Below, piece after piece: positions 7,701 to 12,662 of a stretch of 12,662 nucleotides of DNA. The stretch covers positions 1 to 12,662 of the forward strand of contig JBKJJJ010000078.1 of the NCBI GenBank assembly GCA_046598045.1. The letters are read 5' to 3'. Within the stretch, counting starts at the first letter, position 1; each line of letters starts with the position of its first letter. Both the position numbers and the translations under genes were made by a program. Source of the DNA: Candidatus Eiseniibacteriota bacterium. Its GTDB lineage: Bacteria > Eisenbacteria > RBG-16-71-46 > DASYSL01. The notes under the pieces are model-generated. The model saw nothing but the letters and a program-made list of their open reading frames with translations. It had not been told where the DNA came from and did not search any database.

Positions 7701-8411
7701 GCCCTGCCCACGCGCGCGGCGGCGTGGGCCGACTTCGACGGGGATCTCGACCTCGACCTCTACCTGGCGTGCGCGAACAACGTGCCGAACCAGCTCCTTC
7801 GAAACGACACCGGGAATCATCACGCGCTCTCGATCGCACTGCTCGGGCGGGTCTCGAACCGGGACGGCTTCGGCGCCACCGTGCGCGCGGTGGCGAACGC
7901 CAGGGTGCAGTATCGCGTGGTCTCGGGCGGATCCGGCTTCGGGTCGCAGAACAGCATCCCGGTCGAGATCGGCCTCGGACCGGCGACGTTTGCCGACACG
8001 CTCGTGGTGGATTGGCCGTCGGGGCGGCGATCGACGCTGGTCGGCCTCGCCAGCGGCTCCTACCTTGTCGACGAGGCCTCGGCGGTCGACGTCCAGCCCG
8101 CGCCCGCGTCCGGCGCCGTCTACGCGCTCGCGCTCGCCGGCGCCACGCCGAACCCGGTCGCGGACCAGGGGACGACGATCGCGTTCACCGTGCCCGGCGC
8201 AGGCGCGGCCCAGGCGCGGGTCACGCTCGCGCTCTACTCGGTGACGGGTCGGCGCGTGCGCACGCTGCTCGACGGCGCGCACACGCCCGGCCCGGCGCGT
8301 CTCGCGTTCGACGGCCGGGACGCCAACGGCGTCCGGCTCGCCCCCGGCGTCTACGCGCTCGCGTTGACCGCAGGCAGCGCGCGGGCGCGCGCCAAGCTGG
8401 TGGTCTTCTAG
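4749..8411 (+). CDS. Large secreted multidomain protein: zinc metallopeptidase-like + PPC-like + FG-GAP propeller + ASPIC/UnbV-like + FlgD-Ig/T9SS-like CTD, ~1220 aa
   Basis: Signal peptide MHRSRWLVPLLTLALASAWPLRALA; HEQGH (5826-5840) with downstream AWSEGFA (E at 5931); PPC-like segment (EADDTFAQA...DIDCFRF...ATNDD); seven D-rich FG-GAP motifs; SNRDGFGA...SGGSGFGSQNS...GLG...WPSG; C-terminal PNP...YSVTGRRVRTL...FDGRDANG...PGVY...KLVVF. Confidence 0.9.
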   Translation: MHRSRWLVPLLTLALASAWPLRALATPPSPPLDFTLRALEGVRPGSPTRFEVVATPRVDGGRLTIEFAPAADVALTGGPRLLQVARAAAFTPARFEYAARIPRGLLRRVYVRATLELPDGTRYTRGANLTLDSGAPARPAARLMADGSGGSLAAYDGLPGVPVLRTAAGAGTWIASGQFLYHDREQDLGGFTGIEPDRPARRVDVQVIDAGTNTVLATGATDGNGNFSIPVTDALTRNVRARMVSLSSATPGLLVDVRNNASARVAFTVNGPLVVGHLPTTDVNFGPVVAAAGAGGEAFNIFDVLLNGCDFFALLEGARPNLRVTAYWEAASVDGTYFLAGDNSVRLRAGEGYDDTVIGHEQGHFIANHWSKDQSPGGTHYIGDNHQDLRLAWSEGFATWYAAAARRAFGVGPRPDTYIDTDGAPGIGNLNFSYAFETPNVPANGAGCEVAVTACLWDTMDDPPTADGTPGVDDEGLAHPVSDPWEVIRNYLPQPGVTSVSLEDFWDGWFRPAANHGDLALMQAAFAALDVRYASDAGEADDTFAQARDIPPNGPPGVRTFYPAADIDCFRFTGVTGHNYVVETTDDLSGANTALTVYAADQSTVVATNDDRNLNDKTSRASFVANTGGFFYARVTHASDVGVYGSYALRVSDGTTGAAFLDVAAAQGVALAGSYRGVAWGDVDGDGRPDLFATNLAGPAALERNKGGSFVDRASAWAANVPTASEGAAFCDYDKDGDLDLFVTTVGQTYLFRNRRADSGDSTFADATAAAGVLRTLEGRSPAWGDADRDGWADLFVCDAAGGSVLFRNLGNGTFQDVTAAAGLLGLGAAWSAAWCDYDHDGDDDLYVVVHGAPSRLFKNHLRETGTYGFDNVTAFAGVPAGIAANACDWGDVDGDGWMDLYVADAGGPNFLYRNQGNGTFVDEALARGARLDLVSLCAAWGDYDNDQDLDLFVGNLSQSGLAGTNQLYESVGGRFAAAPGLASALPTRAAAWADFDGDLDLDLYLACANNVPNQLLRNDTGNHHALSIALLGRVSNRDGFGATVRAVANARVQYRVVSGGSGFGSQNSIPVEIGLGPATFADTLVVDWPSGRRSTLVGLASGSYLVDEASAVDVQPAPASGAVYALALAGATPNPVADQGTTIAFTVPGAGAAQARVTLALYSVTGRRVRTLLDGAHTPGPARLAFDGRDANGVRLAPGVYALALTAGSARARAKLVVF
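6786..7763 (+). repeat. Seven coding FG-GAP/VCBS-like repeats (~50-55 aa spacing)
   Basis: WGDVDGDGRPDLF, FCDYDKDGDLDLF, WGDADRDGWADLF, WCDYDHDGDDDLY, WGDVDGDGWMDLY, WGDYDNDQDLDLF, WADFDGDLDLDLY. Several are followed by LFRN/LYRN..G.F.D segments. Confidence 0.9.
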
Positions 8412-8414
8412 ATT

Positions 8415-10469
8415 CTAGAGGAGCGGGGCGCGCGCGAGACGCAGCCTGCGCTCGGCGCCGCCTGCGGTGCGAAGCCGGACGTTGACATCGGTTCCCGCCG
8501 GTCCCGACAACATCGCCTGCGCCGAGCCCGGGTTGAGCGCGTCGACCGGGCGGTCGTCCACGGACAGCAGGCGCTCGCCCACCCGGATACCGGCGCGCTC
8601 GGCCGGGCTCTCGGGCACGACGCTCTTGACCACGATGCCCTTCGCGTCCGCCGCGACCACGATTCCCGGTCCAACCAGGCCGAAGCTCACGAGCCCCTCC
8701 TCGACCCCGCGCGCGCCGGCCGGCGCCGGGTCGAGCACGAGTTCCCCGCGCGGGTAGTCGAGCGTGACGCGAAAGCGCCGGAGCACGTTCGCGCCCAGCA
8801 CGCCGCGGTCCCCGCTCGCGAGCGTGAGCCCGACCGGGTCGCTCGCGCCTCCCGAGGTGGCGAACAGGAGGACCGGCCGGTCGACGCGCGCGGCGCCGAT
8901 GGTGAGGCCGCGCGCGCGCACGGCCTCGGCCTCGAGCACGCGGCCGTCCGCCCCGACGAACGGAATGCCGGGCACGCGCCGGATCGTGCGCAGGGCCTTG
9001 CCCACGCTGCGCGGCACGAACGTGATCCATGACCCGGTGTCGAGGATGAACGAGCTCTTCACGCCGCCGTCGACCGCCCCGTCGACCAGCGCCTGGCCGC
9101 CGAGCATCTGCATCGGCACCCGCGTGCCGCCCGGGCCCGGCTTGCGCGCCGCCGCGTTCTGCGCCACCTCGAGGGTCCCGGCGGCGAAGTCGAACGTCAC
9201 CGCGTAGCGGTTGAGCGCCGAGAACCCGAGGATCCCTTCGACCGCGAGCCCCATGTTGCGGCGCATCTCCTCGAAGTCGAGCACCAGGCAGGAGACGTCC
9301 TTGCGCACGAGGCTGCCGAAGCCGACCTGCGCGAGCGTCGCGGAGCGCGCCTCGACACCGCCGCCCAGGCCGACGATTCCGATCGGGTCCCCCAGCGCGA
9401 GGCCGAGCGTGTCCGCGAGCTCGCGGGAGATCGCGGTCAGCCCAGCGCCGGTGTCGATCAGGAAGGTTCGCGGCGGCCCGCCGTTGATCGACACCTGCGC
9501 GAAGTGGTGCTCGCCGACGCGGGTCAGCGGCAGGATCGCGCGCGCCGACGGCCCGATCGTGCGCTCGCTCGCACCCGGACGCGCGAACACCGAGTCGTCA
9601 TACGTCGCCGTCAGGTCGACGGCCGTGAGCGCGTTCTCCTCGACCAACTCGCCCTCGATGGAGTGCCTCGCGGCGAACGGCACCCGCGCGTTCGGCGGCA
9701 CGCTGCGCCAGTCCGAGAACTCGAGCCGCTGGGTCGCCTCCCCGGGGTGCATGGCCGCCCGATCGGTGAAGCGCAGTTCCGCCAGCGGGACCCCGTCGCC
9801 GGGAACGAACAGCGTCGCGCTCCCGCTCGGCCCCCAGATCGCGAGCGCATCGCGCCCGCCGTCGCGCACGATCGCCGCGGGCGCCTCGCCGGCCGCGGCG
9901 AGGAGGAGCAGCCCTTCGTCGTGCGCCCGGGCACGCGCCAGCTCCTCCTTCTGCGCATCCGGCAGGTCCGAGACCAATCCCAGGAAGCGCTGCCATCCGC
10001 CCGCGGGGGTGTCGGCCACGGACATGGACAGCCCCGAGGTCTCGAGGTCGATGCGCACCCTGCCCTCGGCCCGGCGCTCGACGAACGTGGCCTCCACCTG
10101 CGCCGGGGTGTGGACCGTCTGCTTCCCGCGCCGTTCGCCGCGTTCGATCCACGCCGTGAGCGCCGCCTTGCCTCCGAACGCGGTCACCATGCTGCGCGCC
10201 AGCGCGAGCGCCTCGGGCGCGGTGCGCCGCGGGGCCGGCCCGGTGAGGACCGCGTCGCTCCCGCCGCCCCGGCTCGGACGCGCCGTCGCCTCGGGCATTG
10301 TGGGGAGCACGAGCTCGGTCGGCGGGAATCCCAGCGAGTCCGGCGCGGTGGCGCCGCCGCGCAGGACGCGGACATTCGACTCAGTGCGGCCGATCACGCG
10401 CGGTTCGGCGCCGACCGGGGAGACGAACAGGAGCAGGGACAGTACGGGAGCCAACCGGGTGGGTCGCAT
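8415..10469 (-). CDS. Secreted aspartyl protease family protein with two retropepsin-like domains and a C-terminal PDZ domain, 684 aa
   Basis: Signal peptide MRPTRLAPVLSLLLFVSPVGA; FLIDTGA (DTG 9455-9447) with GILG; FILDTGS (DTG 9041-9033) with GVLG; PDZ signature VKSVVPESPAERAGIRVGERLLSVD. Confidence 0.9.
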   Translation of the reverse strand: MRPTRLAPVLSLLLFVSPVGAEPRVIGRTESNVRVLRGGATAPDSLGFPPTELVLPTMPEATARPSRGGGSDAVLTGPAPRRTAPEALALARSMVTAFGGKAALTAWIERGERRGKQTVHTPAQVEATFVERRAEGRVRIDLETSGLSMSVADTPAGGWQRFLGLVSDLPDAQKEELARARAHDEGLLLLAAAGEAPAAIVRDGGRDALAIWGPSGSATLFVPGDGVPLAELRFTDRAAMHPGEATQRLEFSDWRSVPPNARVPFAARHSIEGELVEENALTAVDLTATYDDSVFARPGASERTIGPSARAILPLTRVGEHHFAQVSINGGPPRTFLIDTGAGLTAISRELADTLGLALGDPIGIVGLGGGVEARSATLAQVGFGSLVRKDVSCLVLDFEEMRRNMGLAVEGILGFSALNRYAVTFDFAAGTLEVAQNAAARKPGPGGTRVPMQMLGGQALVDGAVDGGVKSSFILDTGSWITFVPRSVGKALRTIRRVPGIPFVGADGRVLEAEAVRARGLTIGAARVDRPVLLFATSGGASDPVGLTLASGDRGVLGANVLRRFRVTLDYPRGELVLDPAPAGARGVEEGLVSFGLVGPGIVVAADAKGIVVKSVVPESPAERAGIRVGERLLSVDDRPVDALNPGSAQAMLSGPAGTDVNVRLRTAGGAERRLRLARAPLL

Positions 10470-10475
10470 GGGGGG

Positions 10476-10504
10476 AGGCTAGGGCCAGCCCCGTCCCGGC
10501 GCAA
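10476..10504 (-). promoter_or_regulatory. Sigma70-type promoter for a probably leaderless aspartyl protease mRNA
   Basis: TTGCGC (10504-10499)-N17-TAGCCT (10481-10476)-CCCCCC-ATG (10469), with no Shine-Dalgarno sequence. Confidence 0.6.
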
Positions 10505-10511
10505 CTTCGGC

Positions 10512-10540
10512 GTGCATCGCGCGCGCAATCGCGGCATCCT
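10512..10540 (+). promoter_or_regulatory. Possible sigma70-type promoter for the MOSC gene
   Basis: GTGCAT (10512-10517)-N17-CATCCT (10535-10540), 8 nt before ATG 10549. Both boxes are degenerate. Confidence 0.35.
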
Positions 10541-10548
10541 ACGGGACC

Positions 10549-11205
10549 ATGACCCTCGAAGCGCGCGTGCTCGCCATCAACATCGGACAGCCCCGGACCG
10601 TCGACTACGACGGGGAGACGGTGCGGACTGCGATCTTCAAGGACCCGGTCGATGAGCCCGTGCGGCTGACGCGCCTCGGCTTCGTCGGCGATGGCCAGGC
10701 CGATCGCCGCGTTCACGGCGGACCGACGCGCGCCGCCTACCTCTATCCGCACGAGCACTACGCGCACTGGGAGCCCCGGCTCGGGGGCGGGCCTCTGCCC
10801 TACGGGCAATTCGGCGAGAACCTCACGACCGAGGGACTGATCGAGTCCACGATCCACGTCGGCGACGTGTTCGTGCTCGGCGCGGCGCGCGTGCAGGTCA
10901 GCTCTCCGCGCGTGCCGTGCTTCAAGCTCGGCATGAGGACGGGGGATAAAGCGATCGTCGCTCCGTTCCTCGAGAGCGGCCGCCTCGGCGCCTACCTTGC
11001 CGTGCTCGAGGAGGGCGTGGTCGCGCCCGGGGATTCCATGACGTTGCTGCACCGCATCCCCGGGGCGGTCTTGTTCTCCGAGCTGATCGCGGCGCTCTAT
11101 CACCCGGATGCGTCCGGCGAGCTGCTCGCCCGCGTGCTCGCCTCGCCTGCGCTCCAGCCGGCGCACACGCAGCGGATCGAAAACGTGAAGCGCGCCCGGG
11201 GTTGA
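10549..11205 (+). CDS. yiiM: MOSC domain-containing protein, YiiM family, 218 aa
   Basis: TAIFKDPV, GFVGDGQADRRVHGGP, GQFGENLTTEG, conserved Cys in PRVPCFKLG, G.Y..VLEEG.V..GD, and a short helical C-terminal tail. Confidence 0.9.
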   Translation: MTLEARVLAINIGQPRTVDYDGETVRTAIFKDPVDEPVRLTRLGFVGDGQADRRVHGGPTRAAYLYPHEHYAHWEPRLGGGPLPYGQFGENLTTEGLIESTIHVGDVFVLGAARVQVSSPRVPCFKLGMRTGDKAIVAPFLESGRLGAYLAVLEEGVVAPGDSMTLLHRIPGAVLFSELIAALYHPDASGELLARVLASPALQPAHTQRIENVKRARG

Positions 11206-11218
11206 CCCCCGGGCGCGC
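11190..11218. terminator. Perfect 12-bp GC hairpin between convergent genes
   Basis: GCGCGCCCGGGG-TTGAC-CCCCGGGCGCGC. The yiiM stop (TGA 11203-11205) is in the loop. There is no U-tract on either strand, so terminator function is uncertain. Confidence 0.5.
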
Positions 11219-11245
11219 CCGCGTTGCTTCGGATCCGTGAATCGC

Positions 11246-12121
11246 CTAGCGGTACTGCCCCTTGATCCGGCCCCAGGTCGCACTGCTCGAGGCCGTCGGC
11301 AACTCCCGCCCGACGGACATTCCGCGCGCACGCTCGTTGCAGCCGATCGGGCCCACCAGGGTCGCCGTGCCGCTCGACAGGTTCACGGTGTAGAGCGCGG
11401 CATTCGTTGGCCCCCACGCAAAGACTGCGTAGGCGATGCCCGTGGTCCCCGAGATGTCGAATCCGTTGTCGTCCGACGCATCGAATCCGAGCGAGCCAAC
11501 CGTGGTCAGCCGCCCGACATTCGGCGGCGCCTGGATCGCGAGCACATCGTTCTGCGAATCGATGTCGTAGAGCGTGGTCGTCAACGCGCCGGCGAAGTTG
11601 TTCGTGTACGCCGCTCCGGTGACGTTCGGGTTCCTGCCGAAGTTCACGTCCCCGCCCACGTAATAGAGCGCCGAGTCGACGGCCGCAATCGCGCCCGTGT
11701 CCGGGTTGCCGCGCAGGTTCTGATCGGCGTCGCTGACGACCCGCATGCGATCGACGGTCGGGTTGAAGTCGAAGCCGAACTCGACGCCCGACAGCGCCGG
11801 GGCGAACGGCGCGCCGACCGCGACCGCCGCGCCCGTGGTCGGATTGTCGATGCGGTAGAACCGTCCGGTGCTGCCGAGCAGGTACAGGCGGCCGGCCGGG
11901 GGCGCCGGGCGGAAGTCGATGCCGAGCGCGACCTCTCCCGGCGCGAGCCCCGTGATGGGACGCGACGAGAACGCCGCGGGCGACGCGCTCGAGAAGTTGA
12001 GCAGGTTGTTCGAGTTGGTCAGGAGCCACAGCTCTTCGGACGCCTGCGCCGAGGCCGCGGAGAGGAGAGAGAACGCGAACACGGCAAGAGCCGCGCGGGG
12101 CAGCGAGTGCGCCAGTGACAT
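11246..12121 (-). CDS. Secreted DUF4394-like domain protein with C-terminal TWGxxKxxYR motif, ~291 aa
   Basis: ATG 12121 with GGAGG 7 nt upstream; signal peptide ending ASAQA; motifs GIDFRPA, GFDFNPTVDRMRVVSD..QNLR.NP.TG, AAYTNNFAG..TTTLYDID, QAPPNVGRLTTVGSLG, GFDIS. Confidence 0.88.
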   Translation of the reverse strand: MSLAHSLPRAALAVFAFSLLSAASAQASEELWLLTNSNNLLNFSSASPAAFSSRPITGLAPGEVALGIDFRPAPPAGRLYLLGSTGRFYRIDNPTTGAAVAVGAPFAPALSGVEFGFDFNPTVDRMRVVSDADQNLRGNPDTGAIAAVDSALYYVGGDVNFGRNPNVTGAAYTNNFAGALTTTLYDIDSQNDVLAIQAPPNVGRLTTVGSLGFDASDDNGFDISGTTGIAYAVFAWGPTNAALYTVNLSSGTATLVGPIGCNERARGMSVGRELPTASSSATWGRIKGQYR

Positions 12122-12196
12122 GGGTATGCCTCCATGGGAATCGAAGATGACGCGGACATCCTGGAAGGACGAACCCCGAAAGTCCGTCCCCATGGG

Positions 12197-12223
12197 TACG
12201 GATCGCGCGGCACACCGGATGTG
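12197..12223 (-). promoter_or_regulatory. ECF-sigma-like promoter (CATCC-N16-CGTA) for the DUF4394 gene
   Basis: The minus strand reads CACATCC-GGTGTGCCGCGCGATC-CGTA, between the rrn terminator and the gene. It resembles ATCC...CGTA/CGAA-type ECF promoters. Confidence 0.5.
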
Positions 12224-12233
12224 GCAGGGCTGC

Positions 12234-12277
12234 AAAAAAAAGCGAAACGGGGACCGATCGTGAGATCGATCCCCGTT
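12234..12277 (-). terminator. Rho-independent terminator of the rRNA operon
   Basis: RNA: AACGGGGAUCGAUC-UCAC-GAUCGGUCCCCGUU (14 bp with one U-G pair that forms only on the minus strand), then UCGC and 8 U. It lies immediately 3' of the 5S gene. Confidence 0.9.
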
Positions 12278-12284
12278 CGAAAGA

Positions 12285-12401
<117 letters not shown>

Positions 12402-12552
12402 AATAGCTGCGCTGAGGGACTAGGACCCAAGAACCAGGTTCAGGTGCGAATCCGTGAACCCAGTGGGACTGGACTTGGACCCATCAGCGCCATACATCGA
12501 CAATCGAAAGGTGAGAACGGGACGGGTTACGCAGCAAGCTCCGAAGGGGGTT

Positions 12553-12662
12553 CCGATTAAGCCTCACGGCTGATTAGTACCGGTCGGCTGAAGCGATCGC
12601 TCGCCTTACACCTCCGGCCTATCGACCTCGTAATCTCCGAGGAGCCTTTAGGGACTTACGTC
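12553..12662 (-). rRNA. rrl: 23S ribosomal RNA, 3'-terminal ~110 nt (partial)
   Basis: Plus-strand TTAAGCCTCACGGCTGATTAGTACCGGTCGGCTGAAGCGATCGCTCGCCTTACACCTCCGGCCTATCGACCTCG matches the reverse complement of the conserved bacterial 23S 3' end. It lies ~150 nt upstream of the 5S. The exact 3' end is approximate. Confidence 0.96.

Noticed and set aside
6786..7763. Recurring GGCGACG/GACCTG nucleotide repeats as a CRISPR-like or mobile repeat
   Set aside because: They are degenerate, in-frame and fully explained by the FG-GAP protein repeats. There are no identical repeats with unique spacers and no cas or transposase genes.
4293..8282. 1329-aa minus-strand ORF
   Set aside because: Antisense shadow of the real + strand gene. 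It is Arg/Val/Gly-rich with no motifs, as expected from stop-codon scarcity in high-GC DNA.
9211..12215. ORFs 9211-10482, 9504-10655, 10381-11331, 11100-12215 and 11237-12118
   Set aside because: Antisense or off-frame shadows of the aspartyl protease, yiiM and DUF4394 genes, with no recognisable domains.
12402..12552. tRNA in the 23S-5S spacer (GGTTCA resembles a T-arm)
   Set aside because: No cloverleaf or acceptor stem could be built on either strand.

Overview
High-GC bacterial chromosomal window with no mobile element or CRISPR array. Left, minus strand, in transcription order: a secreted four-repeat alpha-helical protein, a probable outer-membrane beta-barrel whose start appears to be CTG, sppA, and the 5' end of a further gene that the ORF track missed. 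A near-consensus sigma54 (-24/-12) site precedes this run. Divergent from it is a ~1220-aa secreted protein combining an HEXXH+E zinc-peptidase-like domain, a PPC-like domain, seven FG-GAP repeats, an ASPIC/UnbV-like domain and a FlgD-Ig/T9SS-like C-terminal domain. That gene converges on a tandem retropepsin (2x DTG) + PDZ protease, which looks leaderless. Next come a MOSC/YiiM gene and a secreted DUF4394-like protein ending in a TWGxxKxxYR motif, with an ECF-like promoter. The right end holds the rrn terminator, the 5S rRNA and the 3' end of the 23S rRNA, all on the minus strand. The C-terminal motifs suggest Candidatus Eisenbacteria or a relative (inference). All family calls come from motif recognition; no database searches were run.
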